Below, piece after piece: positions 41,152 to 50,993 of a stretch of 64,000 nucleotides of DNA. Each line of letters starts with the position of its first letter. The first letter of the stretch is position 1. The DNA lies in NCBI GenBank assembly GCA_016871055.1, contig VFZW01000001.1:2561-66560 (forward strand). The letters run 5' to 3'. The translations under genes and the position numbers were made by a program. This DNA comes from Acidobacteriota bacterium. GTDB taxonomy: Bacteria; Acidobacteriota; Terriglobia; Bryobacterales; Bryobacteraceae. The notes below the pieces were generated by a model that was given only the letters and a program-made list of their open reading frames with translations, was not told where the DNA came from and did not search any database.

Positions 41152-41978
41152 GGCTTCTGCGCCAGTAGCCGCACGACACGCGTTTCGCCGGGGCCGAAGT
41201 CGGCCTTGGCTTGCGCGTCCTCGTATTGCAGCACGCGGAAGCCGGTGAACAGCGTCAGAAGTTCGTTGGTTTGGAAGACGACACTACCGCCGATCGAACT
41301 GCCCTTTGTCGCGTCGTGATGGAAGCCTTCAAGGATCACCAATCCGCCAGGCTTGAGCGAGTCGATAACTTGTTTCTTCACATCGCGGCCGCCGGCGTAG
41401 CTGATCAAGATGAGATCCCACTTGTCTTTGCCGAAGTCGAAGGTCTCGCTGGTTGAGAGTACCGTTTTGATCTTCACCCCCTGTTGCGCGGCGAGTTCCT
41501 GCGCGCGGGCAAGGGCGCGGTCGGCGGGATCGAAGCCGGTCACGTCCCAGCCCTGCTTGGCGAGGTAAATCGCGTTGCGGCCCTGCCCCATTCCGACATC
41601 GAGCGCGCCGCCGGGCTTGCGGCCCTTTGTCATCGCCACGAGAAACGCGTTGGGCTCGGTGTTGAAACTTGGCTTCTCGGCCGTGAGATTCCGGTTCCAC
41701 ATCTCGTGTTCGAGCTTCGGGCCGAACTTGCGCAGCGGCGCGAGGGCGGCGTCAATTTCCCCCACGGTCTTTCCGTCCGCGCGGAGTTTGGCGGCGAAGC
41801 GGTTCAATACCTCGGCGGGGTAGGATTCGTCGAGCGCGGAACGGGAGCCCCGATCCGCTTGCGTCGTCATCCACGCGCGAAAGGCGCGGTATGCCGCCAT
41901 TTCGGCGTCGGTGGGAATCGGGGCCGGCTGGCACCAGAGTGAGAGCGCGAGGACTGCGCCGAGAATAAATCGGATCAT
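41148..41978 (-). CDS. Class I SAM-dependent methyltransferase (TehB-like) with N-terminal signal/anchor sequence
   Basis: MIRFILGAVLALSLWCQPAP hydrophobic leader, ALDVGMGQGRNAIYLAKQGWDVTGFD SAM motif I, DLILISY motif. The ATG overlaps the cysN stop (ATGA). Confidence 0.75.
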   Translation of the reverse strand: MIRFILGAVLALSLWCQPAPIPTDAEMAAYRAFRAWMTTQADRGSRSALDESYPAEVLNRFAAKLRADGKTVGEIDAALAPLRKFGPKLEHEMWNRNLTAEKPSFNTEPNAFLVAMTKGRKPGGALDVGMGQGRNAIYLAKQGWDVTGFDPADRALARAQELAAQQGVKIKTVLSTSETFDFGKDKWDLILISYAGGRDVKKQVIDSLKPGGLVILEGFHHDATKGSSIGGSVVFQTNELLTLFTGFRVLQYEDAQAKADFGPGETRVVRLLAQKP

Positions 41979-43678
41979 ATGCCTTCGCCCAGTGTAAACC
42001 GGTCCTTGCGGCGCAGTACGCCACGGTCTTCGAGGGCTTTCAGGATTCTCTCGGCGGCGGCTTCGTCTTTCGAGGGCAGTTCCTTCGCAGCGATTTCGAC
42101 AAACCGATTGGTGGCCGTAAAGGACTCGGCCCGGTCGCGCTCGCCGGCATCCGGTGAGGCGATCGAACAGATGGCGATCAAGCCCGCGTTGTTCAGAACA
42201 CGCGCGAGTTCGGGAAGCAGGTGGCTATCGCTGTCGTCGGCGAGCACGTGTACCTGGCAGCCAAGATCGAAGAGCTTGCGCTCGACGAGGTAGGCGAGGT
42301 CGCGGCGGGCGGTGAGCCAAATGGTTGCCGGATAGTGCCCGGCGCGGGCAAAGCGTTCGGCGTTGGTGAGGCGGCCGTGATCGGCGGTTTCATCTTCGCC
42401 CGTGAATTGCAGGTTCCGAAGATTGAGCGGTTCAACCAATTCCGGCGTCGACTCCTCGATCATGCCCGCGCCCACGGTGAGGTTCGAGATCGGATCGATC
42501 AAGATGAACGCGCCCATCGCGCGGTCCTTTGCGTAGGCGTCGAAGTACAGCGGGCGGCGTGCTTCCATCACGACTGCGGCGATATCGTTGAGACCGAGTT
42601 CGGAGACTTCGACGGCTTCGAGCGTGTTGACATCGACGCGGTGGCGAATGCGGCGAATCTCGGCGGGCACGGTCTGCGTCGTGTGCTTCAGCAGATAGGT
42701 TTTTCCGGCGACGCCAACGTCGTGATGCATCCACACGAGTTTGGCGGCAAACCGCCGCGACACATGCGGTACGTGATTCGGATCGACCAGCATATCCCCG
42801 CGTGAAATGTCGATTTCGTCTTCCAGCACGACGTTGATCGACATCGGCGTGAAGGCCTCGGCGATGGGGCCATCAATTGAAGGAATTTCTTTGACGCGCG
42901 AAACGCGCCCGCTCGGCAGCGCCATCACTTCGTCACCGGGCTTCAATACGCCGGATGCAAGCTGGCCCGAGAAGCCGCGGAAGTCGAGGGTCGGCCGGAT
43001 GACGTACTGCACGGGGAAGCGCAATTCTTTGAAGTTGCGGTCCTCGGCGACAGGGACGGTTTCGAGATGTTCGAGCAGCGATTGGCCCGTGTGCCAGGGC
43101 GTGCGCGGGCTGACGGTGACGATGTTATCGCCATCCAGCGCCGACACCGGAAAAAACGCCAGATTGCGGAGTCCAATACCAGCTGCAAAGGCCGTGAAGT
43201 CCTTTCGAATGTCTTCAAATACGGTCTGGCTGAAGTCCACCAGATCCATCTTGTTCACGGCCACGGCGATTTGCGGAATGCCGAGCAGCGAGGCGATAAA
43301 CGCGTGACGCCGCGACTGCACCAGCACACCTTTGCGCGCGTCGATCAAGATGATCGTCAAACCAGCGGTCGATGCGCCTGTGGCCATGTTGCGCGTGTAC
43401 TGCTCGTGGCCGGGGGTGTCGGCAATGATGAACTTGCGGCGTGGCGTGGAGAAGTATCGATACGCGACGTCAATGGTGATGCCTTGCTCGCGTTCGGCGC
43501 GAAGGCCGTCGGTGAGCAGCGAGAAATCGATCGGGCCTGTCGAGCGATTGAGGCCGGACTTCTTGACCGACGCGAGTTGATCTTCAAAGACGCCGTTGGT
43601 TTCGTAGAGCAAGCGACCGATGAGTGTGGACTTGCCGTCGTCGACACTACCGGCGGTGGAAAAACGCAGGAGTTCCAT
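41975..43678 (-). CDS. cysN: Sulfate adenylyltransferase subunit 1 (GTPase) with degenerate APS-kinase-like C-terminal domain
   Basis: GSVDDGKSTLIGRLL (G1), DTPGHEQY (G3), NKMD (G4). The C-terminal ~135 aa align to the APS kinase fold, but the P-loop GLSGSGKS is replaced by LTARRDLA. Confidence 0.9.
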   Translation of the reverse strand: MELLRFSTAGSVDDGKSTLIGRLLYETNGVFEDQLASVKKSGLNRSTGPIDFSLLTDGLRAEREQGITIDVAYRYFSTPRRKFIIADTPGHEQYTRNMATGASTAGLTIILIDARKGVLVQSRRHAFIASLLGIPQIAVAVNKMDLVDFSQTVFEDIRKDFTAFAAGIGLRNLAFFPVSALDGDNIVTVSPRTPWHTGQSLLEHLETVPVAEDRNFKELRFPVQYVIRPTLDFRGFSGQLASGVLKPGDEVMALPSGRVSRVKEIPSIDGPIAEAFTPMSINVVLEDEIDISRGDMLVDPNHVPHVSRRFAAKLVWMHHDVGVAGKTYLLKHTTQTVPAEIRRIRHRVDVNTLEAVEVSELGLNDIAAVVMEARRPLYFDAYAKDRAMGAFILIDPISNLTVGAGMIEESTPELVEPLNLRNLQFTGEDETADHGRLTNAERFARAGHYPATIWLTARRDLAYLVERKLFDLGCQVHVLADDSDSHLLPELARVLNNAGLIAICSIASPDAGERDRAESFTATNRFVEIAAKELPSKDEAAAERILKALEDRGVLRRKDRFTLGEGI

Positions 43679-44584
43679 TTAGAAGTAGCCTTCGCGTTTC
43701 TTGAGCTCCATCGAGCCTTCCTGATCGTGGTCGATGATGCGGTTCTCGCGTTCGGAACGGCGGAATGACAGCAGTTCTTCGGTGATCTGCGGCAGCGTCG
43801 TCGCTTCGCTGCGGATCGCGCCGGTGCAATACGTGCAGCCGAGCGAGCGCATGCGCGCCATCACCATTTGCGGTTTTTCGCCGGGGTTGAGCGGCATGTT
43901 GTGCTCGAGCGGAATCAACTGGCCGTCGCGCACGACGAGTTCGCGCTCTTTGGCGAAGTAGAGCGGAACGATCGGAATGTTCTCAAGATGGATGTAGTTC
44001 CAAACATCGTTCTCGGTCCAATTGGAGAGCGGAAACACACGGATCGATTCGCCTTTTTCGACCTTGGCATTGAAGACGTTCCAGAGCTCGGGGCGCTGGC
44101 TCTTGGGATCCCACTGTCCGAACTTGTCGCGAAACGAATAAATGCGTTCCTTGGCGCGGGACTTCTCTTCGTCGCGGCGTGCGCCGCCGAATGCGGCGTC
44201 AAAACCACCTTCGGCCAGGGCATCGAGCAGCGCGCGTGTCTTCAGCAACGCGCAACATTTCGACGTGCCGAGCTTGAACGGATTCGCACCTTCGGCGATG
44301 GCCTGCTTGTTAGTGTGGACAATAAGATCCGCGCCGATCTCCTTGCAGAACTTGTCGCGGAATTCGATCATCTCGTCGAATTTGTACGTCGTGTCGATGT
44401 GAAGCAGCGGGAACGGCAGCTTGCCGGGATAGAAAGCCTTCTGCGCAAGGCGTATCATGACGGAGGAGTCCTTGCCGATGGAGTACAACATCACCGGCTT
44501 GGCAAATTCCGCCACGACTTCCCTCATGATGTGGATGCTTTCCGCTTCCAGCGCGCGCAGATGGCTGAGTGTACGCGAGTCCAT
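43679..44584 (-). CDS. cysD: Sulfate adenylyltransferase subunit 2
   Basis: [31 protein letters not shown] (PP-loop SGGKDS-type), C-terminal [26 protein letters not shown]. Confidence 0.95.
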   Translation of the reverse strand: MDSRTLSHLRALEAESIHIMREVVAEFAKPVMLYSIGKDSSVMIRLAQKAFYPGKLPFPLLHIDTTYKFDEMIEFRDKFCKEIGADLIVHTNKQAIAEGANPFKLGTSKCCALLKTRALLDALAEGGFDAAFGGARRDEEKSRAKERIYSFRDKFGQWDPKSQRPELWNVFNAKVEKGESIRVFPLSNWTENDVWNYIHLENIPIVPLYFAKERELVVRDGQLIPLEHNMPLNPGEKPQMVMARMRSLGCTYCTGAIRSEATTLPQITEELLSFRRSERENRIIDHDQEGSMELKKREGYF

Positions 44585-44609
44585 GTATCCGTTTCAAATT
44601 ATCAATTTA

Positions 44610-45749
44610 ATGTCCCTATTGTCCATAGGGATTGCGGTATTTGCACAGCCGGCCGATTCCGAGCGGGTCAACCAACATCGAGTTTCGAGCACACGGAGTC
44701 CCGCGCCGGAGCCGGGAGCGGAAAACGTCCCACTGCGGCGGCTCGCCATTTCGAAGGCGGACTGGGTTAAAACGCAGCGGCCCGCGGTGTTGAAGGCGTG
44801 GACCGGTATTCTCGGCAAGCTGGAGCCGAACGCGCAGGACATGCAGTGGTTCGACAAGGTGCCGCGTATGCGCGAGATCGAACGGACCGAGATGCCGCAC
44901 TACACCCGTATCCACATCGAACTCGCGCTGGAAAAGGACTTCTGGCAACCGTCGTTATTGCTCTTGCCGAAAAACGCCAAGGGCAAGCGGCCGGCGGTGA
45001 TCGCATGGACATCGACCTCGCCGGATTGGAAGAAGCCGGAAGAGTGGTGGGGCGCGTGGCTGGCCGAGCGCGGGTTTGTGGTGCTCACCGGTTGGGGCCA
45101 CATCAAGAACTATCGGAGCGACACGTCGTTTCGAAATGCGGTGTCGGAGAAGGTGTACGAACGGTTTGGGCGTTGGGCGGGATTGAGCCGGATGGTGTGG
45201 GATGTACGGCAACAGGCGAAGTTCCTCTCATCGCGCGGCGACGTCGATGCCAAGCGCATCGGTTTCATCGGCATGTCGTTGAGCGCGAAGACGGCGATCT
45301 ATGTGGCGGCGTTCGCGCCGGAGGTTTTCGCGACAGTAGCGGTCGATCCGCACATCGCGCTGAATGGCGCGACGAACTACTATGCGCCTTGGTACATGGA
45401 TTGGACGCGGCCGTTCGACGACATTCGGACGCCCGAAAAGACGGTGCTGAGTTTGTTGAACACCGATAAACAGAAGCCCGGACTCGAGCACGATCATCAT
45501 GAACTGCTGGCGCTGGCGGCGCCGAGGCCGTTTCTAATTATCGGCGGCGCGGGAGATCGCGAAGACAACGGCGGTGACAGCGACGACCGGCAAAGTTGGG
45601 GCTATGTGAATCGCGCGGCGGAGATTTACAAGTTTTTGGGCGTGCCGGAGCGATTGAAGTTTGAGTTGACTCGGGATGGGCATAAAGCCACTGGCCCAAA
45701 TATCGATCCGGCTTGGCAGGGGTGGTTCTTAAGATGGTTGCGGCCGTGA
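44610..45749 (+). CDS. Secreted alpha/beta-hydrolase (acetyl-xylan-esterase / dienelactone-hydrolase-like)
   Basis: RIGFIGMSLSAKTA nucleophile elbow. Short signal-like N-terminus MSLLSIGIAVFAQP. An alternative ATG at 44583 shares a CATG with the cysD start. Confidence 0.6.
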   Translation: MSLLSIGIAVFAQPADSERVNQHRVSSTRSPAPEPGAENVPLRRLAISKADWVKTQRPAVLKAWTGILGKLEPNAQDMQWFDKVPRMREIERTEMPHYTRIHIELALEKDFWQPSLLLLPKNAKGKRPAVIAWTSTSPDWKKPEEWWGAWLAERGFVVLTGWGHIKNYRSDTSFRNAVSEKVYERFGRWAGLSRMVWDVRQQAKFLSSRGDVDAKRIGFIGMSLSAKTAIYVAAFAPEVFATVAVDPHIALNGATNYYAPWYMDWTRPFDDIRTPEKTVLSLLNTDKQKPGLEHDHHELLALAAPRPFLIIGGAGDREDNGGDSDDRQSWGYVNRAAEIYKFLGVPERLKFELTRDGHKATGPNIDPAWQGWFLRWLRP

Positions 45750-45772
45750 GGAGCGCGGCGTATGATCCGAAT

Positions 45773-46036
45773 ATGAACCTGGTTGCGGAAGGCTATCGCT
45801 ACATCGTTCGCTCGGCGGAAATTCGCGGTGGCAACGCGATTGTCGAGGGCACGCGAATTGGCGTGCACGATGTCATCGGCTTGCTGCAGAATGGCGAGAC
45901 GATCGAAACGCTGCGCGAGAACTGCTTTCCGAATCTCACGAAGTCGCAGGTCTACGAGTGTTTGTCGTACTACGAAGATCATCGCGGCGAGATTGATTTG
46001 CTGATTGCCCGCCAAATGGAGAGCAATCCTGGCTGA
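45773..46036 (+). CDS. DUF433-domain protein (putative antitoxin-like HTH)
   Basis: IRGGNAIVEGTRIGVHDVIGLLQNGETIETLRENCFPNLTKSQVYECLSYYEDH is the DUF433 signature. Confidence 0.75.
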   Translation: MNLVAEGYRYIVRSAEIRGGNAIVEGTRIGVHDVIGLLQNGETIETLRENCFPNLTKSQVYECLSYYEDHRGEIDLLIARQMESNPG

Positions 46037-46056
46037 AGTTCCTGCTCGATCACGAT

Positions 46057-46353
46057 GTGCCTGACGCCCTGAGCTATTTGCTCGCGCAGTTGGGCCACGA
46101 GGTGATGTTGCTCCGGAAAGTCTTGCCGAATGATTCGCCTGACGCGGCCGTACTCGAGTTCGCGCATAATGGCGGGCATGTATTGCTGACTTGCAATCGG
46201 GACGATTTTCTTCGGCTCGCCGCAACGCGACCACACAATGGGATCGTGATCGTGATACGCCGCCGAACACGCGCTGCTGAACGGGCCGCGCTCTTTCAAC
46301 TGTTGGAGCGGGCTGGCTCGACCGGGCTGCGGAATAACATCAACTTTGCGTGA
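46057..46353 (+). CDS. DUF5615 (PIN-like/Mut7-C) protein, partner of DUF433
   Basis: The homology begins upstream at ..LKFLLDHDVPDAL. The first canonical start is GTG at 46057. CTG at 46033 overlaps the DUF433 stop (CTGA). Confidence 0.65.
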   Translation: MPDALSYLLAQLGHEVMLLRKVLPNDSPDAAVLEFAHNGGHVLLTCNRDDFLRLAATRPHNGIVIVIRRRTRAAERAALFQLLERAGSTGLRNNINFA

Positions 46354-46377
46354 TTCGATAAACTAATTCAACACCGC

Positions 46378-48921
46378 ATGCCAATATCAGCCGGAGAAAA
46401 ACTCGGCCCCTACGAAATCCTCTCGCCGCTGGGCGCGGGCGGCATGGGCGAGGTGTACAAGGCCCGCGACACACGGCTCGACCGCACTGTCGCGGTGAAG
46501 ATCCTTCCGTCCGGTGGCGACCGCGCCCGCTTCCTCACCGAGGCCCGCGCGCTGGCGGCGCTGAGCCATCCCAATGTTGTCGCGATTCACGATGTCGGCG
46601 ACGGCTATCTGGTCACTGAGTTGATCGACGGCGCCCCGCTGAAAACAACCGGCCTGCGCCAGACCATCGACCTCATCGCGCAAACCGCCGACAGCCTTGC
46701 CGCGGCGCACGCCATCGGTATTGCGCACCGTGATCTGAAGCCAGCAAATATTCTGGTCACGCGCGACGGGCACGTCAAGATCGTTGACTTCGGCCTTGCC
46801 AAGCTTCGAGCGCCCGGCTCCGAGGATGCGACGCTCACCGCCGCTGGCACCGTGATGGGCACCGCGACCTACATGTCGCCCGAGCAAGTCCGCGGCGAAA
46901 CAGTTGGAACACCCTCGGACATATTCACGCTGGGCGTGGTGCTCTACGAGCAACTCGCCGGGCGGCTGCCGTTTCAAGGTGATACTCCCGCTCATGTGAT
47001 GACGGCCATCTGCGACCGCGAGCCGGACGAACTGCCGGAGTCCGTGCCGTCGTCGCTCAAGCAGATCGTCAATCGCTGTTTGGCAAAGGACGCCAAGCAG
47101 CGGTTTCAGTCGGCCGCCGATCTCGCGTTCGCGTTGCGGGCGGGTTCGACGACCACAAGCGCGGCCACGATCAAAGCGACACCGCAACCGCGCCGAAACT
47201 GGCTACCCTGGGCGGTGGCGGGTGTCGCAATCGCCGCGCTTATCGCGGTGCTGCTGTTACGCCCGAAACCGGCGCCATTGGAGCCGATGACCACGGAAGT
47301 GAACCCACCGCCGGACACGCGCCTCGCTGGCCCTTATAACTTCGCCGTTTCTCCCGACGGCCGCCATCTCGCCTTTTGCGCGATCGACGCGAAAGGCAAA
47401 GTCCAGTTGTGGGTTCGGAACCTCGGCACTGGAGATGCCCGGGTGATCAGCGACACCGAGGGCGCATTCTTTCCCTTCTGGTCTCCCGATAGCCGTTCCA
47501 TCGGATATACCGCATCGGGAGCGCTCTATCGTGTCGATCTCAACGGCGGGAATCAGCGAATCGCGGCCCGCGCCAATCTCGGCTACGGCGCCTGGAACGA
47601 AAACGGCGAAATCTTAGTCGGCACGAATCAGATCCATTCGATTCCGGCGACCGGTGGCGACGCAAAGGTACTCTACAAGGCGGATGAAAAGGTTAAGGAA
47701 ACCTCCGTTGGCTTCGCCAACTTCCTGCCTGGCGGCAAAACGTTTCTCTTTCAATTTTTCGGGGATCGAAGCGGGACGAAGATCGGTTCAATGGATGGGC
47801 GCGAGCGGCGGTTCCTGTTCGAGAACCGCGACTCGCCCGCAAGTTACGCGCCGGCCACTTTGCATGGTAAGGGCTACCTGCTCTTCATCAAACAGGGCCG
47901 TCTGCTCGCGCAGCCTTTCGATCCTAATACCGGCGCTGTCCAAGGCGAGCCGGTCCAAGTCGCCACAGGGTTTGGCGTTGGGCCGCTCTTTTCTGCTTCA
48001 AACAACGGCGTACTGGTCTTCCGCAAGACTGGTGACAGCGATCGCCAACTCACTTGGTACAACCGCTCAGGGAAGCCGGACGGGAAACTCGGAGAGCCGG
48101 CCCGTTTCGGCTCGTTTCGCTTTTCGCCCGACGGGACGCGGCTCGCGATTTCGCGCCGCGAAGATTCCACGAACTTTCGACTCCACTTGGTCGCGCCTGC
48201 CAGCGGTGTTACCCAGCGGTTCACATTCGGCCCAGGAAGTGACTACAGCCTCGTTTGGCATCCCTCCGGGCGTGACATGTTTTTCAACCGCTTTGATTCG
48301 GGGAAAAGATTCCTGCTTAGCAAAGATTCCAGCGGCGCTGGCGCGGAGAAAGTTCTCCTTCAAAACAGCGGCAGCATGCCGAGCCCAACCAGCATCTCGC
48401 CCGATGGCCGCTGGATGATCGAAAATTCCTTCGGCGATAGTTCAGACATCGTGCTCCTTCCGCTTGCGGGAGAACCGAAGCCAATCCCATTCCTGAACAG
48501 CCAGTCAAAGAATCGAATGGCGAGATCTCCGCCCGACGGCCGGTGGATCGCCTATCGGTCCGATGAAACCGGATCGTATCAGATCTTCATCCAGCCCATT
48601 CCCGAAGTGATGGGCGGCCCGAAGGAACGGGGCAAATGGCAGATCTCCAATGAAGGCAGCAGCGCAACAGTGCGTTGGCGCAAAGACAGCAAAGAACTCT
48701 TCTACGCGCAGCCCGACGGTAAGATCATGTCCGTCGATATCACCGTCAGCGGCAACGCCTTGCAAGCCGGTCCGCCGAAGGCACTTTTCAACACGCTCGG
48801 CTCCGCGCCCTCTTTCGACGTCACCCCCGACGGCCAGCGTTTCCTGGTCGCCGAACCCGAGAAGAACTCCGAGCCGCCGTTCACGGTTATTCAGAATTGG
48901 GAAGCGCTCCTGAAGCTATAA
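46378..48921 (+). CDS. Ser/Thr protein kinase with TM helix and C-terminal TolB-like (PD40/WD40-like) beta-propeller
   Basis: LGAGGMGEVYKA, VAVKIL, HRDLKPANIL, DFGLAK, SPEQ. TM WLPWAVAGVAIAALIAVLLL. Repeated SPDGR.. propeller blades. Confidence 0.9.
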   Translation: MPISAGEKLGPYEILSPLGAGGMGEVYKARDTRLDRTVAVKILPSGGDRARFLTEARALAALSHPNVVAIHDVGDGYLVTELIDGAPLKTTGLRQTIDLIAQTADSLAAAHAIGIAHRDLKPANILVTRDGHVKIVDFGLAKLRAPGSEDATLTAAGTVMGTATYMSPEQVRGETVGTPSDIFTLGVVLYEQLAGRLPFQGDTPAHVMTAICDREPDELPESVPSSLKQIVNRCLAKDAKQRFQSAADLAFALRAGSTTTSAATIKATPQPRRNWLPWAVAGVAIAALIAVLLLRPKPAPLEPMTTEVNPPPDTRLAGPYNFAVSPDGRHLAFCAIDAKGKVQLWVRNLGTGDARVISDTEGAFFPFWSPDSRSIGYTASGALYRVDLNGGNQRIAARANLGYGAWNENGEILVGTNQIHSIPATGGDAKVLYKADEKVKETSVGFANFLPGGKTFLFQFFGDRSGTKIGSMDGRERRFLFENRDSPASYAPATLHGKGYLLFIKQGRLLAQPFDPNTGAVQGEPVQVATGFGVGPLFSASNNGVLVFRKTGDSDRQLTWYNRSGKPDGKLGEPARFGSFRFSPDGTRLAISRREDSTNFRLHLVAPASGVTQRFTFGPGSDYSLVWHPSGRDMFFNRFDSGKRFLLSKDSSGAGAEKVLLQNSGSMPSPTSISPDGRWMIENSFGDSSDIVLLPLAGEPKPIPFLNSQSKNRMARSPPDGRWIAYRSDETGSYQIFIQPIPEVMGGPKERGKWQISNEGSSATVRWRKDSKELFYAQPDGKIMSVDITVSGNALQAGPPKALFNTLGSAPSFDVTPDGQRFLVAEPEKNSEPPFTVIQNWEALLKL

Positions 48922-48924
48922 TGG

Positions 48925-49779
48925 GTGCCTATGTGCGATCAAGAAACCTACGAAGCTGACTGCCTGGAATACGAAGCTCGCGGCCTGGTAACCCGCAAAC
49001 AGTTCGGTGTGCTGCTTGGCGCCGGTGTGTCGATGGTTCTGCCCAGCGTGGCCAATGCGGTCGCTGTGACAGGCGCCGAAGTATCCGTCACCACGCCCGA
49101 CGGCACGGCCGACGCCTACTTCGTCCATCCCGCCACCGGCGCCGCGCCCGGCGTCGTGATCTGGCCCGACATTTTTGGCCTTCGTCCTGCGTTCCGGCAG
49201 ATGGGCCGGCGGCTCGCCGAATCCGGTTATTCCGTGCTTGTGGTCAATCCGTTCTATCGCACGACGAAGGGGCGCACCGATACCGCTCCCGGCGACATGA
49301 CCCAGATGCGCACGCATGCGCAGGCGCTGAACGCCACCACACATATGACCGACGCGAAGGCGTTCACGGCATGGCTCGACACCCAAGCACCGGTCGCCAA
49401 AAACCGCAAGATGGGCGCGCAGGGATACTGCATGGGCGGCCCGATGGCGTTCCGCACCGCGGCCGCGTCCGATCGCGTTGGCGCTGTTGCGTCGTTCCAC
49501 GGCGGCGGTCTCGCACGCGAGACGCCGGGTAGCCCGCATCTCCAAGCCGCTAAGACCAAGGCGCGCTTCCTGGTAGCCATCGCGGCGAACGATGACGCGA
49601 AGGCGCCGAAGGACAAGGAAGTCTTGAAGGAGACCTTCGCGGCGGCGAAGCTGGAAGCCGAGATCGAAGTGTACGCCGACTCCGCGCACGGCTGGTGCCC
49701 GCCCGACTCGCGTGTTTACAACGAGGCTTTGGCCGAGAAGGCCTGGGCGCGGTTGCTGGCGCTCTACGGCAAGCTGTAG
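48925..49779 (+). CDS. Dienelactone hydrolase family protein with Tat/Sec-type leader
   Basis: TRKQFGVLLGAGVSMVLPSVANA leader, GVVIWPDIFG, Cys nucleophile elbow AQGYCMGG, catalytic His near ADSAHGW. Confidence 0.8.
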   Translation: MPMCDQETYEADCLEYEARGLVTRKQFGVLLGAGVSMVLPSVANAVAVTGAEVSVTTPDGTADAYFVHPATGAAPGVVIWPDIFGLRPAFRQMGRRLAESGYSVLVVNPFYRTTKGRTDTAPGDMTQMRTHAQALNATTHMTDAKAFTAWLDTQAPVAKNRKMGAQGYCMGGPMAFRTAAASDRVGAVASFHGGGLARETPGSPHLQAAKTKARFLVAIAANDDAKAPKDKEVLKETFAAAKLEAEIEVYADSAHGWCPPDSRVYNEALAEKAWARLLALYGKL

Positions 49780-49785
49780 GCGATT

Positions 49786-50986
49786 ATGCGAATCGCGCCG
49801 ATTTTGCTTGCCCCCGCGTTATTGGCGCAATCGTACTTTCCGAAACTCGATCACCTTGGCGGCTGGCGCACCGCGCCGCCCGCCAAGGCCGGCCTTGACG
49901 CCGCTCGGCTCGATCAGGCTTTCGAATTTGCCAAGCGGTCGAGCGCGCACGGCGGACTGCTCGTCGCGCGGAACGGCTATCTGGTCTATGAGAAGTACTT
50001 TGGACAGGGTCATCGCGATGCACATCCCGACATGGCGTCGATCGGGAAAGCTTTCACCAGCGTGTCGGTCGGCATTCTTCTGGGTGAAAGACGAGACGCG
50101 TTTCCCGATGGGCTCGACCAGAAAGTCTTCAACGAGAAGTATCTGCCCGAGGCGCTGCCGTTAAACGATCCGCGCAAAGCGGACATTCGGCTGGGGCATC
50201 TGTTGTCGATGAGTTCCGGCATGCACGGTGACGGCGCCAATCCTGGATTCGTGAAGTTTGTGCCGTCGAAGCTCGACCCGATGACGCCGGCGACCGACCC
50301 GCTTGATCTCGACGGCAACGCCGTGCGCGTGCCGATGTGGACTGCGCCGGGCGAGGGCTATTCGTATAGTTCGTCGTCACCGCATTTGGCGTCCATGATT
50401 CTGCGGCGTTTTGCGGGCATGGAGATGCAGCAGTACATCGACGAAAAACTCGCTAAGCCGATGGGCTTTGGCGAATGGGGCTACGCGCTCTATCGCCGTG
50501 GCGGAAAACTGCCCCATACCCCGGGGGGGCGGATCGATCGCGGTCCGCGCGACCGACGCGTTGCGCTTTGCGTACCTGTTGCTGCGAAAGGGCATGTGGG
50601 AATCGAAGCAGCGTGTGTCCGCCGATTACGTCGCGCTGTGCGCGAAGCCGTCGAAGTACAACGCTCACTCGCCCTTCGGATTGCAGTTTGAATCGAACGC
50701 AGGCGGGCATGTGATCGGCGCGCCGCGCGATGCGTATTTCAAGAGTGGCGCGGGCGGGTCGGCGATCTACGTTGCACCGTCGCTCGATCTGGTGGTTTAC
50801 AAAATGGCGGGATCGAATCAGCAGTTCGATCCGGCAAATACGCGCATCACGCCGAAGTACGCGGTCGATCACTCGCGTGACGACTGGAAGCCGGTTCCGC
50901 ACACGCAGTTCGACGATGGACCGCTAGGAGGCGACGACGGCGTGCGCCGCTTGCTCGAAATGGTTGTCGCGGCTGCAATAAAATAG
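49786..50986 (+). pseudogene. Class-C beta-lactamase-fold serine hydrolase interrupted by a +1 frameshift at a G7 homopolymer
   Basis: N-part ORF 49786-50691 carries the SxxK motif (ASIGKAF). Homology continues in ORF 50411-50986 (frame +1) from ..HTPGG|GSIAVRATDALRFAYLLL... The junction is the G7 run at 50523-50529; G6 would restore one ~399-aa ORF. Confidence 0.75.
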
Positions 50987-50993
50987 GAGCACC

